Source: a virus
Lineage: Duplodnaviria; Caudoviricetes
Length of the DNA: 64,000 nucleotides
Virus record (IMG/VR): IMGVR_UViG_3300031994_000067
Location: 15,082 to 79,081 of that record
Direction: 5' to 3' (one strand)
In this document: positions 18,629 to 28,420 of the stretch, piece by piece
Numbering within the stretch: position 1 is the first letter of the stretch
Layout of the letters: the number at the start of each line of letters is the position of its first letter
The notes under the pieces: generated by a model
The model's database searches: none
Told to the model about the DNA's origin: nothing
The model's input: only the letters and a program-made list of their open reading frames with translations
Program-made: the position numbers and the translations under genes

Positions 18629-20894
18629 TCAGACAAGCATTTTGTCTGGATTGATTTCGTTTAAATGCATTGATGAATCGTGAAAAGATTTCATCCCGAG
18701 ATTAACGAAGTTCGAACCGATTTTTGCTGCAGTAAGACCAACATTTGTAACTCCGAGTCTATATGGTAAATCTCCGAAACATACGTTGCAGATTTTCTCC
18801 GATGTACAGAACATCGGACTGCGCATATGAACGTGTTTTCCAACGTATGATTTGATCGAAGACGCGGTAAGTTTTACAAGCTTTTTACCTTCCACAATAT
18901 ATCGGTCAATATAATCTTTGTAATTGCTATCGTCTATTAATAATTCGAGTGTCATTAACGAATGGCAGTCACTGCCTTTTGGACCAAGAACAATGTTTTG
19001 GTATTCGGCATAGAACCTCTTTACTGCATAACCCCCTCATATGTTCCCATAGGTTCGCTACTCCTATAGCGTTCTCTTATGAACTGCTTCGTATCACTAC
19101 GAAGTTCAGACTATATCATCACCTACTAATAGGTGCACCCCGTTTCGCTCCGCTTGGAGCTACTCACTTTCGTGATAGTCGTTGAACCTTATTCGAATAT
19201 CTCAACACCTTCATCAATATATGCGCTGTATTGTACAATAGATTCTTGAGTATCAACTTTCTTCTTCCTTTTATTGTACAACTCAGATGCCGCCCGCTTA
19301 TTTAATCCCTGTTTCATGATAATGTCAATTATTTCTTCCTTATCTTTTTCAGCAACAATCGCTCTATCAATCGAGTTGAAATATGAAGAATAATCCGGAC
19401 GTTTCTTGTGTTTCGGAAGTTTCAGAATTTTCTCAAAGTTGTAATCTTGTGACACTTGAATCCATTCCCTACCATCAAGAATGTGCTTAACAGTCGATTT
19501 CGAAACGCTAGTTATCTTAGATATTTCAGAATATGAGTATGATGCTTCTTCGAGCAGACTACACACTTTTCGAATCGTATCTGCCGAGTATTTATTACTC
19601 GGATTTTCTTCACCGTCTTGAATCCTACACAACCCATTATCATGAGCATGTGTGTGTTCTCTTGAGCTGTGCACCATTCAAGATTTCCAATACGGTTGTC
19701 GGTTTTGATACAATTCAGATGGTTCACTTGGGGAAGATTCTCGGGGTTCGGTATGAATGCTTTCGCAACTAATCTATGTATAGACTTGCAGTATTTCTTA
19801 CCTTTGTGATGCATTCCTACTCTGAGATAACCACGAGTCTCTACGGGTTTTATGGACTCACCAGTTTTGGAATTTCGAACATCGCCTTCGTCCGAAACTT
19901 CATAATTGGTCTCTTCACCATCTATAATGATGCGCCTATATTCGGCCATAATAATCACCTCAATTAGATGTATTATGACTTGTGTAATGAAGATGTTTGA
20001 TTCTAATCTTGGCTGCTGATTGTCTCTATTAGAGAGTTTCCAGCAATTAGAGGTGTTTTCTTTATCGATCGCTCAATAAAGCCGCACGGGATCTCATACG
20101 GCAGTTCCGACTGATTTTGGATATTGACCAAGTATGACACCATTAGTAAACTCCGGGATGTTCTCCTTACGAAGACCTTCCGAAAAAGAGTTTGGTGCAA
20201 TTTTATACTTGCCAGTTACTGGGTCGAATACTGGTCCTCGAATTATGTTATTGCATTTATAATTATTATCGAAATTTCCACGTGCTCCCGAATCAAACAA
20301 TTCCATTCCGGGATCACCTTTAAGCTCTTTCTTTGCTTCCTCTATCAATTCGCTTTCAATTTTAACCGCTTCAATAGCATCGCCTTCAGCGAGTTTATCA
20401 GCTTTCTCCTTCAATAACTTTTCCCGTTTAGCGATAACTCCCTTGAGAGGCACTATGGTTTTTTCTGTAAATGAACCACATACCATGGAATGAAGTGAAA
20501 GTATCCATTGAAGACGATTTTGATATTCAGCGTAATCGTTCAAATCGATTATATCGTTCTTCAATCCGTCGTTAATGTTATTCTCGAATTTTCCGAGAGA
20601 TTTTTTGTCGAGTGGTGTATTCCAGTAATCAGTGACATTTTCAAGCAAGTTTTCCACGATGAATTTATTGAAGATGAATAAGCCGACATTGGTGCGTTTG
20701 ATATCTTCTCTATTGTGACATTCACCCTTTTTGAGAGAGAATTCATCCGACCAATTAAATCTGGGTTTTTCAATCTTCTTGGTTTCGGGATTATAATGTT
20801 GAACGAGATTCTGTTCGATGAAATTACGATCTATATCGGTTTGTTTAAGCGAAATCAGAAAAGCTCTATCTTCTTGTGAAAGCATTTTCATCAC
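18629..20894 (-). CDS. rpoC: RNAP beta-prime, C-terminal subunit (probably virion RNAP); 2 exons, 20098..20891 and 18629..19037, about 400 aa
   Basis: Exon 1 ends ...SGARG...FSEGL...GTA-V. Exon 2 reads GGIAVKRF...SDC...MRSPMFC...C..CFG...MKSFH, matching the bridge helix, zinc site and trigger loop of beta-prime. Joining GT to A restores the frame. Confidence 0.88.
19038..20097 (-). mobile_element. Group I intron (td-like, subgroup IA2-like) in the beta-prime C gene, with an HNH ORF in the P6 region
   Basis: Core motifs TAATTGCTGGAAAC, AATCAGCAGCCAAG, TTCAACGACTA and GATATAGTC. P1 GCCGU:GCGGC; P10 UCCCGU:AGGGGG; ends in G (ggaacatatG). Confidence 0.9.
19189..19949 (-). pseudogene. Intron-encoded HNH homing endonuclease, frameshifted near 19648-19658
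   Basis: The N-terminal half (HRLVA...VNH...DNR..NLEWCT) and C-terminal half (HAHDNGL...YFNSIDRAI...YIDEGVEIF) are in different frames. Both align with the intact paralog at 45873..46640. Confidence 0.8.
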
Positions 20895-21190
20895 TCCACG
20901 TCATGTTTGACACGGTCTGCAACTTCCGCTCTTTTTGCGTCATTAAAACGATCTAATGTGCTCAAATAACCGGTAATTCTCGCGATACGTTCGAACGGTT
21001 TATCTTTCGGACGAAAATCCATATCGATACAACCATTCTGATTCTTAACCAGCTTGATCTCAGCAATCGTATCACCGTTTGAATCTTCGCGGGCAAGTTT
21101 AATATACTCACGAATTTCCGCAGTAGACGGTTCGAAACCTTCAACAATGACATTGACTTCATCGACGACAAGTTCACGCATATTAATCAC
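20891..21190 (-). CDS. nrdD: Stand-alone NrdD C-terminal glycyl-radical domain
   Basis: 99 aa ending FERIARITGYLSTLDRFNDAKRAEVADRVKH, which contains the RITGYL glycyl-radical motif. Confidence 0.8.
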   Translation of the reverse strand: MINMRELVVDEVNVIVEGFEPSTAEIREYIKLAREDSNGDTIAEIKLVKNQNGCIDMDFRPKDKPFERIARITGYLSTLDRFNDAKRAEVADRVKHDVE

Positions 21191-21278
21191 TCCTTTAATT
21201 TAGTTAAAAAGGTGTTGAAAGACCTAGTGGAATATTCTTTTCCAACCAGGTCTTTCATATTTCAAGAACGATTCTTTG

Positions 21279-22145
21279 TCAATTTGTAAAGATTCTGTAA
21301 CGGAATGTGATTTCCTTGTTCTCCAACATCTCGTTGCCGAAATTGAGTTTCGTAACCATTCCAACGTGTGAGTAGTCGTACTTACCGGATTCGTATTCGA
21401 CTTTGATACCAGTACACAAAGCGATTGAATTGATTCTCGCTTTCTCAATTTCTCCAAGAAGATTAAAGTACTCACGTACATCTTTTTTGCTCAAGAAGAG
21501 ATTGATTTCTGCAAAGACTTCAATGTTACTTTTGATAGTCGTGTTATAAACATCGGCTGTAACTTCAGTTCCATCTTCGTCATCAATACCATCGTCAAAA
21601 TAAGCCTTGATAACAGGTTGCGTTTGGAATGCTTTGAGATAGTATGCAGTATTACCTTCTCCCAAATCTTTATGGAAGAAATACTTTTCTTTATCCGAAG
21701 CCGAAAGTTCACTCTCTACAACACGGAACGGAACCATCTCCGTACTATTACCGTTGCTACCAATTTCACGTTCGAAAAAGTTGACAGCTTTAGTGGAACC
21801 GATTGTATCACCGCAACCACCAATGCCAACACCCCAAAGACAAATAAAATGATCTTTAGGGATAATATCATCAACAGTGAAAACCGGATTATCGGTCATT
21901 ATTCCCATTATAGAGTTCAAATCTTCAATTTGCAGAGATGCACGTACGTTCAAAAGTTTTTCAAGCACATAGATAGATCCGCCCAACACAACGTTGTTTT
22001 GTGCTTTGGAGAATAAGATGTTCCCAAATTGGTCAACTGCGTCTATAGATGTGCGAAAAGTTTTATTTTGTTTGCCGGCGATAAGATCTTTTTTGATGCC
22101 AAGCTTATCATCGAGCTTTATAAACTTCTGGTTCATGCTCGTCAC
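21279..22145 (-). CDS. Putative virion (tail/baseplate) protein
   Basis: 288-aa ORF with N-terminal QNNVVLGG...LEKL, directly downstream of the large structural gene. Confidence 0.5.
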   Translation of the reverse strand: MTSMNQKFIKLDDKLGIKKDLIAGKQNKTFRTSIDAVDQFGNILFSKAQNNVVLGGSIYVLEKLLNVRASLQIEDLNSIMGIMTDNPVFTVDDIIPKDHFICLWGVGIGGCGDTIGSTKAVNFFEREIGSNGNSTEMVPFRVVESELSASDKEKYFFHKDLGEGNTAYYLKAFQTQPVIKAYFDDGIDDEDGTEVTADVYNTTIKSNIEVFAEINLFLSKKDVREYFNLLGEIEKARINSIALCTGIKVEYESGKYDYSHVGMVTKLNFGNEMLENKEITFRYRIFTN

Positions 22146-22185
22146 CCATTCCTTTCTTTCGCGTAATTTTAAGATTATGTCTTAC

Positions 22186-25100
22186 TCACGAAGCTCCCAG
22201 CTTAGTTAACGTCTCTTTGAAAGTAAACTTATCCGAAACATTTCGTTTCGAACTTCTTGTGAGAGACAATCTTGGGAATTCCAAATTCGTTCGATTAACC
22301 AAAAATCTGCTAATGTCAGTAGATAATCCGATATCAATGTCATATTCCACCTGAACTGATTTCATAGCGTCACGAAATTTCTCAGATACTGTCGAAATAA
22401 CGTCTTTTGCAATCATTCTGTAGATGAAACTTTCGATATGAAGTTTTGAATTCGAATAAACTCCGGCGATAATCTTTTCGATTTTCTCCGTTAAGTCAGC
22501 TTTAACCGACTGAGTTATCGATAATTTCCATTCATCTGTATCAGCAAATTCCAGTATTTGAGATGTAAACCTCGTAACGTTCACATCAATATCATTCGCA
22601 ATCGTTCTTGTGGATTTCAGTAACGCATCAATATAACGCGTTCTGTTAATAACATCAAATTTCTGAATATCTTTCTCGAAAAAGACTCCGGATACATCTC
22701 TACAATAATCCAGTGCTTTCAGTAGTTTATCTCGTTTAGCAGATAATACCTCGATATAAGTCTTATTCATTATCTGAAAGATGATCAAAAAGTTCTCTGC
22801 TAAATCAATCTTATCAACTACAGATCTTCTGATTAATTCGGAAATTCTATCGTGGTGAGCCCTGTAAAAATCCGTTTTGATAATAGAATCGATTGATTCA
22901 GAATCTATCTTATTTATCAGTTTAACTTGTGAATCAGAGAGAAATCTGACAAATAAATCTCCGAGTTTTCCGATAAATTTGCTTACGGTTGCAGTTATCT
23001 TATTAACACTCGGACATATCAACTCGACGCTATATACAGTAGATTTGAGGTAACTTGAAACTTCTGGAACCAATTCAGTCATAAGTTTCATATGATCACT
23101 TTCGGAAACGGAACCATTCACGTAAACCAATCTATCGATAAACTTCATTACTTCGTCATCGATAAACCTAATAGATGATTCCCATTTATCCATCATCTTA
23201 GGTATAAGATTGGTCTTTATTTCATCGCGTACAATCTGAATTGTTTCATCGTTGATATTGATCTTCTCGTCGATAATATATCGAACCATCATATCAACTA
23301 TCTGATCGACAATAGTAAGTCTATGTTTGAGAATATTCTTAACCAAAGTCGTAAAAGCATCCGAATACTGATTCAAAATCCTTACCATAATCGTCATGCC
23401 AACGTCAGTCGTCATAGTTTCACGATTCACCAACTTCTCGCGAACCATAGCGACAATCATGTGGAGAAAACACTCTTTAAGATTCAGCTTGTTATCGTGA
23501 GTCATATCGACAGAAGCATTGATATCATCGGAGTATTGATTGAGAAGCTTCTCCATTTTTTCTGCAAGTATTGTGACATCTAAACTTTCTGAAAAGATAA
23601 ATTTATCGGAGAAATATATCTTCGTCATGAAATCAGCAATAACATCACACAACCGAATTCTGTCAGAATCGGGAATACTCATAAGAATACTGAAATTGTC
23701 TGAATATTCTCCAAGAATTTTAGTACCAGCATCTGTTCGGATACAAGCAGACAAATCGTCTTTGATAGAGATATCACCATTAATCAAAAATTCGCCAACG
23801 AAATCAGAAATTTGCGTAACAATTTTGATATAGTCTTTGTTATTCGGGTCAATGTCTAATGCCAAAGTATCAGCGTATTGATTAAGAATGTGCGAGCCTG
23901 TTCCTCCCATATCAATATATTCTGCAAGACTATAATCAAGATTTAACTTGGACGATACGCTCGCAACCACGTAAGAATACAAGTCTTCTAAGAATTGAAT
24001 CTTCTCTTTATCACTGAATTCAATATCGACACCAGATATCGCATCATAATAATACTTAATAAAACCATCGTACATCCACCAAGTTATATCTGTTTGCCAA
24101 ATCATGTCGAGAATCTTTAACATATTGAAATATCTATCGTCGAATAAGTATAACAAACCTGCATGAGACAAATCGACCGTATATGACTTAAAGAAATTGA
24201 TCAGTCTCAGAAGAACAACTACCAATGCAGATGCATCAACTGCTGTATGAAGATATTTCAATTCGTTACATAAAGTTTCAAGTTTATATAACAGATGAAT
24301 CATTATCTCATCAGTGTCTTTAACCGATGTAGTGTCGAAATCGTCCACGAAGAAATAGAGTTCAATATCGAGGTCTTTCAACAAATCAAAATAATCCGTC
24401 GCATAACTTCCATCATTTTTCTGATAGACTACCTCTTTATCTTCGACTACAAGAATCGAGTTATACAGTTTTTTGTAAGCTCTGTATACTTCAATATCTT
24501 TAGTAGATGCCATCTGCTCAACAATGAAATCCTTAAGAGCTTTGATATTATGGTAGATTCTATCAACGTCTTTATTGCTGGTGACTGTGAAATTCAGCAT
24601 ATATTGAATGACATCTTCATCAAGATATTTGCTGTCGACTACATCAGCAATTATCTGAGCCATATCTGCATGAAAATTGAATCCATATACTGAAGCTACA
24701 GCGGCAGGTCTCAACGGAATCTCTCCTGTGAAACCATAACGTTTACAGAAAAACGCACATAAAAAGATTATGAACGAATATAAATCGTGTGGTCTTGGAG
24801 AAATTTTTGGTGCTATCAAATACACCTTACGAAACTCATCGTTGTTATCAATTACCATTCTGAAGAAATGATTTATCTCGTACATCATTGCCGTGATCTT
24901 AAACATGATATCGATACTGATATACTTCGATTCTATGTAATTCAGACCAGCCGTATAAATCTTTTCACGAAGTTCATCATCGTCAACCCAGTAAATATCT
25001 CCCGAAGTCATATCGGTATATTCCATTCGATTAGTTCTATCAACCAATGCAGTGTTAATATCCTTAGACTTCAAATTGACTCTCTGGAAGTATATCTCAA

Positions 25101-26202
25101 ACATCTTCTCATAATCAGGACCTGATGTGATAGTGCCATCACCATTTACAACTGTCTTAGTAGGAAATATTGGTTTGCCTGTTACAGAACTATGAACATG
25201 ATTCCGAACCAAAAGATATTTGTAAATTGAGACATTAGTGAATCCGAACACTGCACATAAATCGAACAGAACTTTGTCAGACGATTTAAACGCAAGAAAG
25301 ATATTGAGATTCTTAGCCAATAATTTCATCTGGTCTATAGTCATATCTCCAATATACGGTATACTGTATGAATTAAACAGATACCTCAGTAACTGTGTAT
25401 CATAAAAATCCCTCGTTATACCTTCACGAAATACGGAAGAAAATAAACGTTGGATTGCCATTATGAGAATACAGAATCCGATGAAGTTATCGTAATATTT
25501 GTAGCTTTTAGCGATATTCGGATTGTATATGGCAATCATATAATAATCACGTGCGTTATTGTAGAACTTCTTAAAGTCGAGCTGGATATTATCCGGATTA
25601 GTGGGACGACTGAAAAGGAGTTCATAATTCAACGCTTTTCTTGCCTTATAACAGTCGATTGATCTATCCCCGATATAATTCAGATACAATTTGTCCGGGT
25701 GAGCTTCAATCAACTTTGCCATTATTCCGGTAGACGCTAATCGACCAACACTACCAATATCCAATGAATGTACAGGGATATCAGTTCTAACATCAACCGT
25801 ATTTTCAGGTGCATAGATGTAATCTGTATCATCTACATCGGGTAAACCCATAAGCATTCTATAATAATTATTTCGTTCGACGTAGTTTTCCAAGATATAC
25901 TCTCTTTGCAATTTCAACAATGCTGCTCGAATACCATAAGGTATTTTCTGTTTATCCAAATTATACTCGGTTATATTAGCAGGAGAAACGCCTGCTGCAC
26001 GATAAACTTCATAATTGAAAGTGTTATACGAACTGAAATCATCGATTCCATCTTTAACCATTATATACATTTCGGCATCGCGCATTGTATCGACCGTTTC
26101 ATACTTAGCCGCTTCGTTTCCTCGTTTAACGATCATAGAACGTAAAAGAGTTTTAAGTTCACGAATGAATATATCCATCTGCAAACCTTGATACATCATC
26201 AT
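22186..26202 (-). CDS. Large putative baseplate/virion structural protein with ~57-aa C-terminal repeats
   Basis: 1338-aa ORF with N-terminal NNYYRMLMGLP; repeated (I/L)L(N/G)(Q/E)Y(A/S)D every 56-58 aa; TACA-N6-TA at 26233-26244. Confidence 0.6.
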   Translation of the reverse strand: MMMYQGLQMDIFIRELKTLLRSMIVKRGNEAAKYETVDTMRDAEMYIMVKDGIDDFSSYNTFNYEVYRAAGVSPANITEYNLDKQKIPYGIRAALLKLQREYILENYVERNNYYRMLMGLPDVDDTDYIYAPENTVDVRTDIPVHSLDIGSVGRLASTGIMAKLIEAHPDKLYLNYIGDRSIDCYKARKALNYELLFSRPTNPDNIQLDFKKFYNNARDYYMIAIYNPNIAKSYKYYDNFIGFCILIMAIQRLFSSVFREGITRDFYDTQLLRYLFNSYSIPYIGDMTIDQMKLLAKNLNIFLAFKSSDKVLFDLCAVFGFTNVSIYKYLLVRNHVHSSVTGKPIFPTKTVVNGDGTITSGPDYEKMFEIYFQRVNLKSKDINTALVDRTNRMEYTDMTSGDIYWVDDDELREKIYTAGLNYIESKYISIDIMFKITAMMYEINHFFRMVIDNNDEFRKVYLIAPKISPRPHDLYSFIIFLCAFFCKRYGFTGEIPLRPAAVASVYGFNFHADMAQIIADVVDSKYLDEDVIQYMLNFTVTSNKDVDRIYHNIKALKDFIVEQMASTKDIEVYRAYKKLYNSILVVEDKEVVYQKNDGSYATDYFDLLKDLDIELYFFVDDFDTTSVKDTDEIMIHLLYKLETLCNELKYLHTAVDASALVVVLLRLINFFKSYTVDLSHAGLLYLFDDRYFNMLKILDMIWQTDITWWMYDGFIKYYYDAISGVDIEFSDKEKIQFLEDLYSYVVASVSSKLNLDYSLAEYIDMGGTGSHILNQYADTLALDIDPNNKDYIKIVTQISDFVGEFLINGDISIKDDLSACIRTDAGTKILGEYSDNFSILMSIPDSDRIRLCDVIADFMTKIYFSDKFIFSESLDVTILAEKMEKLLNQYSDDINASVDMTHDNKLNLKECFLHMIVAMVREKLVNRETMTTDVGMTIMVRILNQYSDAFTTLVKNILKHRLTIVDQIVDMMVRYIIDEKININDETIQIVRDEIKTNLIPKMMDKWESSIRFIDDEVMKFIDRLVYVNGSVSESDHMKLMTELVPEVSSYLKSTVYSVELICPSVNKITATVSKFIGKLGDLFVRFLSDSQVKLINKIDSESIDSIIKTDFYRAHHDRISELIRRSVVDKIDLAENFLIIFQIMNKTYIEVLSAKRDKLLKALDYCRDVSGVFFEKDIQKFDVINRTRYIDALLKSTRTIANDIDVNVTRFTSQILEFADTDEWKLSITQSVKADLTEKIEKIIAGVYSNSKLHIESFIYRMIAKDVISTVSEKFRDAMKSVQVEYDIDIGLSTDISRFLVNRTNLEFPRLSLTRSSKRNVSDKFTFKETLTKLGAS

Positions 26203-26273
26203 ATCTCAAGCCCCTCCTTTCTTAGGCACAATTAACTAAATGTAAATCGCGTAAAAACTAGCGCAGAATCGAG

Positions 26274-26933
26274 GTGAGAAGAATGGAAGACATAATTCAT
26301 GTGAATAATGAATCTGCTGTAGTAAAGTCAAATCTTTTACCGTTTGAAATCAGCTATGAGAAAGATCAAAGTTTCTTCATGGTTTTAGAGAACTACGTAT
26401 CGTTCATAAAGGGATGCGAGAATTTCATTAGACGTTCCAAAGATTATGTCAATTACGTAGCAACACTCAAAGAAATGGGATTGACACATTGTCAAGTTCT
26501 TGGAAACGTGGACAGTTCACTTGGAATTCAAGGTCATGAAGTCAGTGTCGAAATGCATCACGGTCCGATATTTACACTATTCGATTACTGCAGTTGTCTT
26601 ATAATGTATCTGTTGAAGAATGATTATACAGTCAATACTCCAAGAATAGCAAAGATCATTATGAATGAGCATTGGGCTGGAAATATTCAAACTGTAATGT
26701 TATCGACCACAGTTCATCAAGCTGTAGATAGTGGCAAACTGTTCATAAGTCTCAATCAAGCCCATGGAAACCTCAATGCTTTTCTCAAGAAATATTCTGA
26801 GGGGTTAACTACTCATCAATGCGAAAAAATAAACAAGTATATCGAACTCAGTAAGAAATATAAATCGACCGATAATGGTTTGTTCGATATCAAAGAAACC
26901 ATACACGATTGGTCTAAACGAAGAATTTACTGA
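26274..26933 (+). CDS. Hypothetical protein with an ExHH..FTLFD motif (paralog of 38034..38708)
   Basis: R.S..Y..Y...L...C.V and VEMHHGPIFTLFD are shared with 38034..38708. Confidence 0.6.
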   Translation: MRRMEDIIHVNNESAVVKSNLLPFEISYEKDQSFFMVLENYVSFIKGCENFIRRSKDYVNYVATLKEMGLTHCQVLGNVDSSLGIQGHEVSVEMHHGPIFTLFDYCSCLIMYLLKNDYTVNTPRIAKIIMNEHWAGNIQTVMLSTTVHQAVDSGKLFISLNQAHGNLNAFLKKYSEGLTTHQCEKINKYIELSKKYKSTDNGLFDIKETIHDWSKRRIY

Positions 26934-26942
26934 AAAAACAAA

Positions 26943-26966
26943 GGGTGTCACGATACCGTGACACCC
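26943..26966. terminator. Bidirectional terminator hairpin
   Basis: GGGTGTCACG-ATAC-CGTGACACCC between convergent genes. Confidence 0.75.
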
Positions 26967-26976
26967 ATAAATACGT

Positions 26977-27276
26977 TCAATTTCTGATTATACAGCTTAA
27001 CAACTGATTTCCGTAAATGTCTTGATGATGACCGAGAATCCGGTACTCGATATTGACGTGGAGAAACTCACGTGCCAGTTCAGCGAGTCTGTTTTGTTTG
27101 AGATGTGGTGCAAGTGTTACCTGCACAACCCATTTTATATCTTTCGGGTGAGTACTCATCGTTCGCCTGATTTGATCAAGTGCTGGTTTGTATTCTCCTG
27201 CGGCGTCTTCTTCCAAGCATTTTTGATGCAGTAAGAACGTCCCGTAGTCGTCAAAGTTTGGTTTCAATTTATTCAA
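26977..27276 (-). CDS. Hypothetical protein
   Basis: 99-aa ORF overlapping the stop codon of the upstream MYG1-like gene. Confidence 0.5.
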   Translation of the reverse strand: MNKLKPNFDDYGTFLLHQKCLEEDAAGEYKPALDQIRRTMSTHPKDIKWVVQVTLAPHLKQNRLAELAREFLHVNIEYRILGHHQDIYGNQLLSCIIRN

Positions 27277-28309
27277 CTGGCATCATCGCCAAATCGCCAA
27301 TTGCTGCGTTAACCGCCTGCATGACATGTTCAAACGTGTCCCATTTAGCCATGAACCCGGTCTTATGACAGAAAATTGCCCCATCAATTCCGGAAACTTT
27401 CGAAAGTTCTTCGCCACGCAATCCTTCCCATTTACTCGGAAGCGGGAATTTGATCTCGAACGAATTGGGTTCTTTCGGAATCGTTCTGAGGACGTATCCC
27501 TCTTTGGAAAGAGTATCCTCAAAAACGATGTAACGAATGAGTTCGCACAAATCGCGATTATTGAAGTAGAAGTCTTGCCACGGAATCGCTTTCTCGAAGA
27601 AGAGCACGTTTCTGAAATCCGGGTTAGTCCTCGATGTATAGAGAGCATCAGTAAAGACTTTCAAAGCATTTCCGTGTGCGACCGCTTCCCTGAAGACTCT
27701 GGCGAGAATTTGTTTAGTGATGGTAACGCATATACCAAACATCTTATCAGAGTCATAGTTCTCTTCTTCAAATGCCGGATTGAAATTTTTAACCCAAGCG
27801 AGTTTGTGTTCGAGTACGTCGAGTTCCTGACCGTTATCCGCAGCCTCAATCGGGTAGAGAAGTTTTGTACGGACATATTCGAGAACTGCGTCGTTAAATT
27901 TCGCCGATTTATTGAAGAGAATGTCGAACACTTTTCCACAAGCCGCAAGCTTGATTCCATTTTCCGGGTAAACGCCGCTGTCCGTCTGATGATGGTCGAG
28001 GTAAAGAGTCTTCCCGTCAAATTCGTCGCAGTTGCCAACATCGACAACGAACTGCTTGTTTTCGATGTCTTCGATTTTGCGAGTGCGTTCACAGCGGATG
28101 ACTTCGAATTTCATCTCTTTATTACCGTAAACGATGAAGAACGCTTCGATAAGAGCGACCGACATAACATCATCGGCATGCATGATGCCACCGTGAGTGA
28201 CGATAGTGACTTTATCCGACTTCTTGATGTCTTCGATGAACTCCAGAATGTCGACCATCTCTTCGTTGTTAAAGAGGTTAAGTTCAGTTCCCATAAATAA
28301 ACCCTCCAA
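27269..28309 (-). CDS. MYG1-family (DHH-related) exonuclease
   Basis: THGGIMHADDV, VDVG, DHHQ, D(A)ADNG and FCHKTGF motifs. Confidence 0.88.
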   Translation of the reverse strand: MEGLFMGTELNLFNNEEMVDILEFIEDIKKSDKVTIVTHGGIMHADDVMSVALIEAFFIVYGNKEMKFEVIRCERTRKIEDIENKQFVVDVGNCDEFDGKTLYLDHHQTDSGVYPENGIKLAACGKVFDILFNKSAKFNDAVLEYVRTKLLYPIEAADNGQELDVLEHKLAWVKNFNPAFEEENYDSDKMFGICVTITKQILARVFREAVAHGNALKVFTDALYTSRTNPDFRNVLFFEKAIPWQDFYFNNRDLCELIRYIVFEDTLSKEGYVLRTIPKEPNSFEIKFPLPSKWEGLRGEELSKVSGIDGAIFCHKTGFMAKWDTFEHVMQAVNAAIGDLAMMPVE

Positions 28310-28420
28310 TTCTGTGATTACTAATAACGTTCGTTGCTCCGTAATAAATACGTGAAAATTAAACCATTAAATTGCGTATAAGACAAATACCTAAACTTAT
28401 AATGAAAGGAATGGTCTAAA

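Noticed and set aside
27326-28300. 324-aa plus-strand ORF antisense to the MYG1-like gene
   Set aside because: It lies entirely over a well-supported gene, has no RBS or motifs, and has shadow-frame composition.
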